From an uncultured delta proteobacterium (lineage in GTDB: Bacteria; Myxococcota_A; Polyangia; Polyangiales; Polyangiaceae), in the NCBI GenBank assembly GCA_963782055.1, contig CAWAIF010000003.1:6759948-6823947 (forward strand): a stretch of 64,000 nt of DNA, written 5' to 3'. The number at the start of each line of letters is the position of its first letter. Within the stretch, counting starts at the first letter, position 1. Positions 1-10,434 of the stretch are shown here, piece by piece. The notes beneath the pieces are model-generated. The model was not told the DNA's origin, did not search any database, and saw only the letters and a program-made list of their open reading frames with translations. A program made the position numbers and the translations under genes.

Positions 1-685
1 TCTCGGTCCCGCGCACCGGGCCGGCGCTCCACAGCAACCACTTGCAGGAGCCGTCCTTGCAGATCGTGCGGGTCTCGAAGGAGAGAGTCGCCCGGCCCCC
101 GCGCAGCTCCTCCGTCCGCGCGGCCATCGCCTCCTGGTCGTCGGGGTGCACGAGCTCGGTCCACGGCCTGGCGCGCAGCTCCTCCGGCGTCCACCCGAGC
201 GTGCGCTCCCACGCAGCGTTGAGCCGCTTGAAGGACCCGTCGAACCCGGCGATGCACAGCATGTCCGGCGAGAGGGCGAAGAAGCTCTCCGCCTCCGCCC
301 GCAGCCGCCGGCGCTCCAGCGCGCGCTCGATCGCCACCGAGAGCGCCTCGAAGTCCAGGGGCTTCTCCAGGTAATTGTCGGCGCCGGCGCGCATCGCCCG
401 GACGGCGGAGGCGATCTGCCCGCTGCCCGTCATGACGATGACCGGGATCTCCGGCAGCTTCGCCTGGAGGACGTCCAGCACGCCGTAGCCATCCAGCTTC
501 GGCAGACCGAGGTCGGTCAGGACCAGATCGGGGCGCTGCCCCCGGGCCATGGCCACGGCCTGCTCGCCGTCCTGCGCGCTCAGGACCTCGCAGCCGATCA
601 GCTCCAGGAAGCGACCGAGCGCACGCGACGTGGACGGGTCGTCCTCCACGACGAGGACACGGTGCCTGGTTTCTCGCTGGGTCAT
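1..685 (-). CDS. Response regulator receiver fused to a PAS domain, partial (C-terminus runs off window start)
   Basis: Reverse translation from ATG 685-683 gives MTQRETRHRVLVVEDDPSTSRALGRFLELIGCEVLSA...DLGLPKLDGYGVLDVL (CheY-like REC with D/K signature), then a PAS-like segment. No stop before position 1. Confidence 0.75.
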   Translation of the reverse strand, partial: MTQRETRHRVLVVEDDPSTSRALGRFLELIGCEVLSAQDGEQAVAMARGQRPDLVLTDLGLPKLDGYGVLDVLQAKLPEIPVIVMTGSGQIASAVRAMRAGADNYLEKPLDFEALSVAIERALERRRLRAEAESFFALSPDMLCIAGFDGSFKRLNAAWERTLGWTPEELRARPWTELVHPDDQEAMAARTEELRGGRATLSFETRTICKDGSCKWLLWSAGPVRGTE

Positions 686-841
686 GTCCCGCCACGGTCC
701 CCGGACAGCGAAAGGCTCGACTGATCCGAAAGGGATAGTAGCGCCTTGCAAGGAACCTGCTAATAAATGACGCGCTCAGTTCCTCCTTTGCAGTCCGGCC
801 CGGGGCCCCTCCCGGCCGGCCGGCCGGCCCCCCCCTTCGCG

Positions 842-864
842 CGCACGCAACAGTTACGCGTGCG
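842..864 (-). terminator. Hairpin (7-bp stem cgcacgc/gcgtgcg, 9-nt loop) overlapping the stop codon of the SPW gene
   Basis: Inverted repeat seen directly. It is followed by a (GGCC)4 palindrome and a C8 tract at 811-834. Confidence 0.3.
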
Positions 865-1207
865 GTCTGAACACCGTGGCCACCCGCGGTAGCGCCAGCA
901 CCGCGATGATCGCGACGGCGGCGCCGACGATCCACGCGTTCCAGGCCGCGGAGGACATCGCCCACGCGAAGGCGAAGACCCACGGGGCGAAGAACGTCCA
1001 GGTGCCTAGGGCGATGTTGAGGCCCTCACCGGCGCGAGAGGCTGGTCGGTAGAGTGACCAGAGACCGGTCACCGCGATGAGCGCCCCCAGGGCCCAGGCG
1101 TTGTAGCCGGCCGCGCTGCCTGCGTAGCCGAAGATCCATGTGGACACGACCAGCCAGACGCCGAGCACGACGTTGACCCAATCCTGCCACCGAGTCCATG
1201 CTTTCAT
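854..1207 (-). CDS. SPW-repeat small integral membrane protein
   Basis: 117 aa, two hydrophobic repeats each with W-rich TM segments (VWLVVSTWIFGY..., WTFFAPWVFAFAW). Confidence 0.55.
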   Translation of the reverse strand: MKAWTRWQDWVNVVLGVWLVVSTWIFGYAGSAAGYNAWALGALIAVTGLWSLYRPASRAGEGLNIALGTWTFFAPWVFAFAWAMSSAAWNAWIVGAAVAIIAVLALPRVATVFRPHA

Positions 1208-1442
1208 GACTTCCTTCTCCTTCCTCCTTCACGCAGCGCTCGCGCGTTGCGCTGGCTAGGAGAGGTCGAAGCATCACGCATGCCGCGCGACACCCTCGCC
1301 GCTCGAGCCGCGCACAATCCGCCATCCTTCCGCGCACCAGCATCCGCTCGTGCTCGCCGCCGGTCGAGCCCGCTTCGGGCGCCTCCACGGCGCGCCGCCG
1401 CACTCCATTCGCCCGAGCCGTACGGCGCGGGGCGTTCGTCGC

Positions 1443-4343
1443 TCACTCCCGCGCGCCCGCCGCCCCGATCCGCTCGTCGATGAGGTCCAGTAGCTCCCGC
1501 GGGGGTACCGGCTTCTCCAGGTGCCTGTTGGCCACTCTGTCCAGGAAGGCACGCGCCTCCGCTGTGAACGCGCCGCCGGTGAGGAACACGACCTTGCTCG
1601 CCTCCTCGGGAGCCTTGGCGGCGAGCTGCGCGAAGAAGTCCATGCCCGACACCACCGGCATCATCAGATCGCACAGGATGACGTCGAACCGGGAGGTGGT
1701 CGCCATCTGCACGGCGGCGACCGGGCTCTGCGTCACCGTCACCTCGTGCGCGGAGAGCACGCGCTTGAGGGCACGCAGCACCATCTCCTCGTCGTCGATG
1801 GCGAGGACGCGGCCGCGCCGCACGCGCTCGACCGCCGCCGGAGCCTCCGCCAGCGTCGCCATGGCCGCCTCCTGCGCCGCGGGCAACGCCACGCGGAAGG
1901 TGGTGCCCTCCCCTTCGGCGCTGGTGACGTGGATCAGCCCGCCCATCGACGTCACGATGCGGTGGCAGATCGCCAGCCCCAACCCGGTCCCCACGCCGCG
2001 CGGCTTGGTCGTCACGAAGGGCGTGAACAGGCACGCGAGCAGATCGGGCGGCATGCCGCACCCGGTGTCGGCGACCTCGACCCACACCCGCTTCTCCGCT
2101 GCGTCGAAGCCCGTCGTGACGGTGAGCGTGTTGCAGTTGGCGGCGCCCTGCGGCATCGCCTGTGCGGCGTTCACGATGAGGTTGAGGAACACCTGTCCCA
2201 GACGCGACTCGTTACCCATCACCGCCCGGACCCTCCCGTACCGCCGCACGAGCTGGGCGCGGTGGCGGATCTCGTTCCAGGCCATGCGCAGCGAGGACTC
2301 GAGCACTTGCTCGACGTCCACCTCCCCCCGCGCGTCGTCCTCCCCACGCGAGAAGAGCTTCAGATCCTTGACGATGTGGCGCACGCGCTCCGCCGCCTCT
2401 TGCGCGTCGGCGATCGCCGGCCCGAGATCCGCCGGGCGGGGTTGGTCCACCTCCCAGCCCGCGACGTCCTGCGCTGCGCAGCCCAGGTTCGCCAGGACGA
2501 CGGCGAGCGGGTTGTTGATCTCGTGAGCGACTCCCGCGGCGAGCATGCCCACCGAGGCCATGCGGTCGGAGATCATGAGCTGCGTCTGCGCCTGCTTCTC
2601 CGCGCTCACGTCGCGGAAGACGGCGACGGCGCCGCCGATCGCCCGCTGCGGCGTCCAGAGTGGAAGCGCGTTCACGCTCAGCCACGCACCCTGCGTCGCG
2701 CCCTGCTTCCGCATGAAGAGCTCGCGTCGCTCCACGCGCTCGCCGCGCAGCGCCTGAGCGAGAGGGCGCTCGGCGGCCGCCACCGGTCTGGAGCCGTCCG
2801 CGTCGAACAGCTCGAAGCGTGCCGGCCGCTCCGCCGCCTGGCCGCTGACCGGTCCCTCCTCGACGATGGCCTCCGCCGCCGTGTTCCAGTGCGTGAAGCG
2901 CCCTTCGGGATCGACGGCGACCACCCCGTCGGTGATCCCGTCCAGGATGGACTCCAGCAGCGCCGCGTTCTGCTTCGCGGCGCGCTCCGCCTCGGCGTGG
3001 CCGGCGAAGCTCCGAGCGAGCGCCAGCGCCAGGGCGATCTGGTTACCCACGCCCTCGGCGAAGGCGATGCGATCGGGCTCGTGCGGCCGCTCCGTCGTGA
3101 TCTCCAGCAGCAGGGCCCCGACGAGCTCGCCGGCCACCGCGAGCGGTACGAGCATCGCTCCTGTCGCCAGTCCTCGCGCTGCGCCCTCGGAAGGGGTGAG
3201 CAGGCGTGTCTTGCCTCCGGCGAGCAGAGCCCGGAGCTCGTCGTCGTGGAAGGCGCTGGCGAGCTGCTGGGTCGAGCGATCCCCGAAGACGCGCGTCCGC
3301 CCCTGCCCCGCGCCGAAGACGTACAGCACCCCCCGGGAGACGCCGCCCGCGTCCATGCACGCCGCCAGGGCGGCGTCGAGCGCCGCGCCGGCGTCGCGCC
3401 CCTGGGCGAGCGCCGCCGAGATGCCGCTGAGCACCGAGAGCTCCGCGGAGAGCGACGCGCATCGCTGCACCAGCCCGGCGTTGAGCGCCACCTGCTTCTC
3501 GAGCTGCCGGATCACCCGCCGCGCCCGCTCCTGCTCGATCTCCGGGGTGGAGGAGACGGGCGGCACCGTGGACGGCGCGCGCTCGACGTGGAGCACCCTG
3601 CGCGCCGCGTCGACCAGCTCGCGCAGCTCCGGGGTGCGAACGACCAGATCGTCGGCACCGACGCGACGCGCCAGCTCACGGTCGTCCGCCTCCACGTAGC
3701 TGTTGGTCAACAGGACCAGCGGCACCGCCTCCAGCGCCGGATCGTTGCGGAAGTGCTGGCAGAGCCCGAAGCCGTCCAGCCGGGGCATCATCACGTCGGA
3801 GATCACGATGTCGGGCTTGCGCTCGCGCGCCTGCTCCAGACCGTCCTGGCCGTCGCACGCCGTGACGATGGCGAACCCGTAGCGCGCCAGACGGTGCGCG
3901 ACGAGCTTGAGCTGGAGCGCGTCGTCGTCCACCAGGAGCGCCCGCCGGCCCGCGCCGAAGGGCTCCGCGGGCTCGTCGCTCGGCAGGTGCGCGCGCACGA
4001 TCTGGATCAGCCGCGACGGCTCGACGGGCTTGGTGATCACGTCGCTGAAGCCCGTGGCGCCGATACGCGCCTCCTCCAGCTTGGACACGAAGCCGGAGCA
4101 CGCGAGGATCGGCACGTCGCGTCCTTCCGGGAGCTGCCGCAGCCTCGTGAGCAGGTCGAACCCGCTGCCGTCGGGCAGCACGAGGTCGAGCAGCACCAGG
4201 TCGGGCCGCTGGCGGATGCGCTCCAGCGCCTCCTCCCCGCTGCCGGCGACGAGCACGGCGTAGCCGCGAGACTCCAGCGCGAAGCGCACCATCTTGCGGG
4301 TGATGGCGTTGTCCTCGACCAGCAGCACCGAGCGGCCGGTCAC
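1443..4343 (-). CDS. Hybrid sensor histidine kinase/response regulator (REC-REC-GAF-PAS-HisKA-HATPase-REC)
   Basis: N-terminal REC domains (LLVEDN...DLVLLDLVLPDGSG; LLVDDD...DIVISDVMMPRLDG), H-box VAHEINNPLA, G-box GTGLGLAI, C-terminal REC (VLAIDDEE...DVILCDLMMP). Start proposed at GTG 4343, giving a GTGA overlap with the stop of the upstream RR at 4340-4342. The ORF-track start at 4424 would overlap the RR gene by 85 nt. Confidence 0.85.
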   Translation of the reverse strand: MTGRSVLLVEDNAITRKMVRFALESRGYAVLVAGSGEEALERIRQRPDLVLLDLVLPDGSGFDLLTRLRQLPEGRDVPILACSGFVSKLEEARIGATGFSDVITKPVEPSRLIQIVRAHLPSDEPAEPFGAGRRALLVDDDALQLKLVAHRLARYGFAIVTACDGQDGLEQARERKPDIVISDVMMPRLDGFGLCQHFRNDPALEAVPLVLLTNSYVEADDRELARRVGADDLVVRTPELRELVDAARRVLHVERAPSTVPPVSSTPEIEQERARRVIRQLEKQVALNAGLVQRCASLSAELSVLSGISAALAQGRDAGAALDAALAACMDAGGVSRGVLYVFGAGQGRTRVFGDRSTQQLASAFHDDELRALLAGGKTRLLTPSEGAARGLATGAMLVPLAVAGELVGALLLEITTERPHEPDRIAFAEGVGNQIALALALARSFAGHAEAERAAKQNAALLESILDGITDGVVAVDPEGRFTHWNTAAEAIVEEGPVSGQAAERPARFELFDADGSRPVAAAERPLAQALRGERVERRELFMRKQGATQGAWLSVNALPLWTPQRAIGGAVAVFRDVSAEKQAQTQLMISDRMASVGMLAAGVAHEINNPLAVVLANLGCAAQDVAGWEVDQPRPADLGPAIADAQEAAERVRHIVKDLKLFSRGEDDARGEVDVEQVLESSLRMAWNEIRHRAQLVRRYGRVRAVMGNESRLGQVFLNLIVNAAQAMPQGAANCNTLTVTTGFDAAEKRVWVEVADTGCGMPPDLLACLFTPFVTTKPRGVGTGLGLAICHRIVTSMGGLIHVTSAEGEGTTFRVALPAAQEAAMATLAEAPAAVERVRRGRVLAIDDEEMVLRALKRVLSAHEVTVTQSPVAAVQMATTSRFDVILCDLMMPVVSGMDFFAQLAAKAPEEASKVVFLTGGAFTAEARAFLDRVANRHLEKPVPPRELLDLIDERIGAAGARE

Positions 4344-4720
4344 GTCGTGCCGCCCTTCAGCAGCCGCGAGAGCATGGCCGGGAGGGCGCGCGTGTCGATG
4401 GGTTTGGTCACGTACCCCTCGCACCCTGCGTCGCGTGCCCGCTGCTCGTCGCCCTTCATCGCGTACGCGGTGAGCGCGATCACCAGGACGTCACGCGTCT
4501 CCGGACTGGCCTTGAGCCGCCGCGTCAGCTCGTAGCCGTCCATGCCCGGCATCTGCAGGTCCATGAGCACCAGGCGCGGGCGGAAGTCACCCAGCACCTG
4601 CAGCGCCTCCTCTGCGCTCGCGGCGGTCCGCACCTCGTAGCCGCGGTTGCGCAGCAGGAAGGTCACCAGCTTGGTGTTCTCGGCGTTGTCGTCCACGACC
4701 AGGATCGGCTCGCTGGCCAT
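4340..4720 (-). CDS. Single-domain CheY-like response regulator
   Basis: 126 aa, ILVVDDN...LVLMDLQMPGMDGYEL...TAYAMKGDE. ATG at 4720 lies 1 nt after the upstream HK stop at 4722-4724. Confidence 0.85.
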   Translation of the reverse strand: MASEPILVVDDNAENTKLVTFLLRNRGYEVRTAASAEEALQVLGDFRPRLVLMDLQMPGMDGYELTRRLKASPETRDVLVIALTAYAMKGDEQRARDAGCEGYVTKPIDTRALPAMLSRLLKGGTT

Positions 4721-4721
4721 G

Positions 4722-6746
<2,025 letters not shown>

Positions 6747-6784
6747 GCGCCCTCCGAGTGCGGCGCCGTCGGCCGCCGAGCCGT

Positions 6785-6800
6785 TATCCTCATGAGGATA
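6785..6800. promoter_or_regulatory. Perfect 16-bp palindrome TATCCTCATGAGGATA, 39-54 nt upstream of the HK operon start codon
   Basis: Verified as its own reverse complement. Candidate operator. Confidence 0.35.
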
Positions 6801-6835
6801 GTGCGCGGCGGCGCCGAGTCAAACGACTTCGTCGA

Positions 6836-6853
6836 CTACACCCTAGGGTGTAG
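6836..6853. promoter_or_regulatory. Perfect 18-bp palindrome CTACACCCTAGGGTGTAG (SalI site adjacent) upstream of the HK operon
   Basis: Verified as its own reverse complement. Second candidate operator, 36 bp from the first. Confidence 0.35.
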
Positions 6854-7089
6854 GCCAGCCGCGCAAGTCCTCGGACGGCCCGCCGGCGAGCGCCATCCGA
6901 TGAGCGCGACCAGCGTGAGGATCTGGATGGTGGTGGCGGCGGCGGCATCGGCGGGGTCAGCCGCCGCATCACGTCCCTCCGCGAGCGACGGTCCGCTCGC
7001 CGTCGATCTTCCCGCCCCTTCCGCCGGGCCTACTCGAAGGGTTTGGCCCAACGATTGGCCCAGCGGGAGCGGAGAACTCCGGGGAAAGC

Positions 7090-7111
7090 CCCGGAAATGG
7101 GTGGAGGCGCT
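7090..7111. repeat. Distal direct repeat (att copy B) of the ssrA 3' end: GTGGAGGCGCTGGGAGTCGAAC
   Basis: 22/22 nt identical to the tmRNA 3' end at 25574-25595 (minus-strand gene), no CCA. Identity stops after ...GTCGAAC. Confidence 0.55.
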
Positions 7112-7517
7112 GGGAGTCGAACTGTGGACGCGGACGTTTGCCAGGCCGGCGATGTCGCTCGTCTTTCACGCGGAAGCGTTCGATTCCCTTCGCCTTTCCC
7201 GCGTCGCGGGTCTCCACGCGGTTCGACGCCGGTCGACATGGATCGACCAGGGTCGTGGAGACATTCTGGAAACGTGTACTGTGCACGCATTCTCCGGCAC
7301 TCCACCGCACGGAAACCGCCGAAGAGGTGTAGGCTGAGCCCATGGCGTGTCCTCGGTCGTCGCGGTGTCGCAAGCGCGAATGCGGCGCCCCGTGATGAGC
7401 GACAATTGTTCCTGCAGGTCGACGACAACTATTCCTGCAGGTCGGTCGCCGTCCTGACGGCACGTGCGAGGCTGCGGTCCGGTGCTGCGGGCCGGCCCCG
7501 GGGCTCCAGGAGCTCCG

Positions 7518-9005
7518 ATGGTCACGGACGAGCAGGTCAGGCTGTTGAGGAAGAAGATGTCCGAAGGAAAGACGATCGCGTCCGCCGCGGCGGCAGCGGG
7601 GCTCTGCGAGCGCAGCGCCTACACCTGGAAGCAGGGGGCGCTGCCGAGCGAGAGCAAGGAGCCACGGGCTTGGCGCACGCGCACCGACCCGTTCGCGGGG
7701 GTCTGGGACTCCGAGATCACCCCGCTGCTCGCATCCGACGAGCACGGTGTGCTGGAGGGGACGACGGTGCTGGCGGAGCTGCGCCGACGCCACGGTGAGC
7801 AGTACGGCCCCTCGCTCCTGCGCACGTTGCAGCGGCGCATGCACGAGTGGCGTGCCCTGCACGGCCCGGGCAAGGAGGTGATGTTCGAGCAGCGGCACGA
7901 GGCCGGACGCGAGGGCTCGTTCGACTTCACCGACGCCTCCGAGCTCGGCGTCACCATCGCCGGCGAGGCGTTCCCGCACCTGTTCTTCCAGCTCGTGCTG
8001 AGCTTCAGCAAGTGGCGCTGGGTCGGGCTCGCGTTCTCCGAGACCTTCGAAGCGCTCGTGCGCGGGCTCCAGGGCGCGCTCTGGGAACTCGGCGGCGTCC
8101 CGCGCGTCTGGCGCAGCGACAACCTCTCGGCCGCGACGCACCAGATCCCCGGCGGGGGACGTGAGCTCAATCGCCGCTTCGCCGACGTCCTCGACCACTA
8201 CGGCGCGAAGTCGACGCGGATCGAGCCCGGGGAGTCTCACCAAAATGGCGTCGCCGAGAAGGCCCACGACGTGCTGAAGTCGGCGCTGCGCCAGGAGCTG
8301 GTTGTGCGCGGGAGCCGCGACTTCCCCTCGGTCGAGGCGTACATGGAGCTCGTCGAGAAGGTCCGCGGCGGGATCAACGACGGCAAGTCCGCGGCGCTGC
8401 TGGCCGAGGAGCGAGAGCGCCTTCTCCCGCTCCCGCGCACGCGGCTGCCCGAGTACACGAAGTACACCGCGACGGTGCGGCAGTGGAGCACGATCCACTT
8501 CGCTCACCGTGTCTACTCGGTGCCCTCGCGGCTCATCGGCTGCGAGGTCGAGGTCCGGCAGTATCCCGACCTCGTCGAGGTCTACTACCGCGACCGCACC
8601 AAGCCGACCGCCACGATGCCGCGCATCCGCGGAGACCGCTACCACCAGGTCGACTACCGGCACGTCATCTGGTCGCTGGTGCGCAAGCCGGGCGCGTTCG
8701 CGCGCTACCGTTTCCGCGAGGAGCTGTTCCCCTCGCTCGTCTTCCGTCGCGCTTACGACGCGCTCGTCGAGGCGCATGGCGACCGCGCCGACGTCGAGTA
8801 CGTGCGCATCCTTCACCTCGCCGCGAGCACGATGCAGGCCGACGTCGAGAAGGTCCTGCAGGCCCTGCTCGCGCGCGGCGAGAGGCCGGACTTCATCACG
8901 GTCAAGGCGCTCGCCGCGCCCGAAAGCCCCACGATCCCCGTCGTGCACATCCCGCCGCCAGACCTCTCCGTCTACGACCGTCTGATCGGGGGCGAAGCAT
9001 CATGA
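7518..9005 (+). CDS. istA: IS21-family transposase IstA (HTH + DDE integrase core)
   Basis: MVTDEQVRLLRKKMSEGKTIAS..., core ...EAFPHLFFQLVLSFSKWRWV...RVWRSDNLSAATHQ...GESHQNGVAEKAH. AGGAG Shine-Dalgarno 7 nt upstream of ATG 7518. Stop TGA 9003-9005 overlaps istB ATG (ATGA). Confidence 0.85.
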   Translation: MVTDEQVRLLRKKMSEGKTIASAAAAAGLCERSAYTWKQGALPSESKEPRAWRTRTDPFAGVWDSEITPLLASDEHGVLEGTTVLAELRRRHGEQYGPSLLRTLQRRMHEWRALHGPGKEVMFEQRHEAGREGSFDFTDASELGVTIAGEAFPHLFFQLVLSFSKWRWVGLAFSETFEALVRGLQGALWELGGVPRVWRSDNLSAATHQIPGGGRELNRRFADVLDHYGAKSTRIEPGESHQNGVAEKAHDVLKSALRQELVVRGSRDFPSVEAYMELVEKVRGGINDGKSAALLAEERERLLPLPRTRLPEYTKYTATVRQWSTIHFAHRVYSVPSRLIGCEVEVRQYPDLVEVYYRDRTKPTATMPRIRGDRYHQVDYRHVIWSLVRKPGAFARYRFREELFPSLVFRRAYDALVEAHGDRADVEYVRILHLAASTMQADVEKVLQALLARGERPDFITVKALAAPESPTIPVVHIPPPDLSVYDRLIGGEAS

Positions 9006-9781
9006 CCGCCTTCACGCTGGACATGGGCACCCGCCTGCGCGAGCTGTGCGCGGGCTTCAGGCTTCCGACCTTCGCGACCGAGGTGGTCCGTCGCCTCACC
9101 GACGCGGGTCACGAGGCCGCACTGCCGACCCTGCTCGAGGTCCTCGAGGCCGAGGCCGACGAGCGCGGACAGCGTCGTACCGGGCGGCTCCTCAAGGCCT
9201 CGCGCTTGCCCCCCGGCAAGACGCTCGACACACTCGACCGCGCCCGGCTCCCGCGCGCCGTCCTCGCGAAACTCGACGAGCTCGCCACCGGCGCCTTCCT
9301 CGACCGCGCGCACAACGTCCTCTGCTTCGGCCTGCCCGGACGCGGCAAGACCCACGCCGCAGCCGCGCTCGGCCACGCGCTCGCGGGGCGAGGCCACTCC
9401 GTCCTCTTCGCGCCCACCTTCCGCCTCGTGCAGGAGCTGCTCGCAGCCAAGCGCGACCTCGACCTGCCGCGTGCCCTGCGCCGCCTCGATGCCTTCGAGC
9501 TCTTGATCCTCGACGACATCGGCTACGTCCAGCAGAGCGCCGACGAGGTCGAGGTTCTCTTCACCTTGATGGCCGAGCGCTACGAGCGTCGCTCCATCCT
9601 CATCACGAGCAACCTCGTCTTCGGCGAGTGGGATCGGATCTTCAAGAATCCCATGACCACCGCCGCCGCCATCGATCGCCTCGTGCACCACTCGGCGATC
9701 CTGGAATTCTCAGGACGCAGCAAGCGTGCCGACGACGCCGAGTCCCGCTCGAAGAAGGGACCCTCCGAGGCGACCACGTGA
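9002..9781 (+). CDS. istB: IS21-family ATP-binding helper protein IstB
   Basis: Walker A GLPGRGKTH, Walker B LLILDDIGY, ...SILITSN. ATGA overlap with istA. Confidence 0.85.
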   Translation: MTAFTLDMGTRLRELCAGFRLPTFATEVVRRLTDAGHEAALPTLLEVLEAEADERGQRRTGRLLKASRLPPGKTLDTLDRARLPRAVLAKLDELATGAFLDRAHNVLCFGLPGRGKTHAAAALGHALAGRGHSVLFAPTFRLVQELLAAKRDLDLPRALRRLDAFELLILDDIGYVQQSADEVEVLFTLMAERYERRSILITSNLVFGEWDRIFKNPMTTAAAIDRLVHHSAILEFSGRSKRADDAESRSKKGPSEATT

Positions 9782-10434
9782 CGACAACTACCGAGGGCCA
9801 GCGACAACTACGCGACGACGACAACTACACGAGGCACGAACCATGAACCTGGCGACCACCTGCAAGAATAGTTGTCGCCACCATGCAGGGATAGTTGATG
9901 TCCATCAGGCGCCTCCTCGTCTCCTCGTCAGCTCGCGTCGTCTTGTAGCTCCGTCACCCGTGTAGCTTGCTCGTCACATCGTCGCGCCGGGACGCTCGAC
10001 GTCTAGCACCTGGTCGGTCACCGCGACGAACCCTCTCGAGCCCCACAGCAGAAACACCCAGGTTGTGACTGACGGATCATCCGCGCTCGCGAGCCAATAC
10101 TCGAATGAGCCCGGCCACGAACCATGGCTCGTGAGTGTTGGTTGAAACGCGCGAACGAGGTGCAGCGGCATCATCGCGACGTCGATTGGCGTATCGTTTG
10201 GCAGTCGCGAGCCAAATTCCTTCCAATACAGACCGCAGACCCATTTCTGGCTCCCCCGCCGAATCCGTGGGTTGACGTGAAGCGGATCGCTCGGCGCTCG
10301 TCACGGGGCTCGCATCGCGGGAGCGTGTGGGCGTCCCGCCCGCGAGCCTCGCGCCGAGCGCCGGTCGTTGGGGCTGGAAGGGAAGGATGCATCGTGCAAG
10401 GAAGACGGCATCTAACCTCCAACCCCCTCGCACG

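Larger units (their letters stand above)
7393..9907 (+). mobile_element. Intact IS21-family insertion sequence (istA-istB) with ~55-bp imperfect terminal inverted repeats
   Basis: Left end TGATGAGCGACAATTGTTCCTGCAGGTCGACGACAACTATTCCTGCAGGTCGGTCGCC. Reverse complement of right end TGATGGACATCAACTATCCCTGCATGGTGGCGACAACTATTCTTGCAGGTGGTCGCC. Multiple GACAACTA subterminal repeats at 9783-9835. 5'-TG...CA-3' termini. No clean target-site duplication seen. Confidence 0.8.

Noticed and set aside
1204-2526. Several 100-350-aa ORFs overlapping the hybrid HK on other frames/strands
   Set aside because: Low-complexity R/A/G/P-rich translations with no domain signatures. They lie inside a well-supported kinase gene.
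9908-10330. Short minus-strand ORFs (66 aa, 118 aa) between IS21 and ISL3
   Set aside because: They look like a frameshifted remnant with no recognisable domain and have lower GC. The evidence is insufficient to call a gene.
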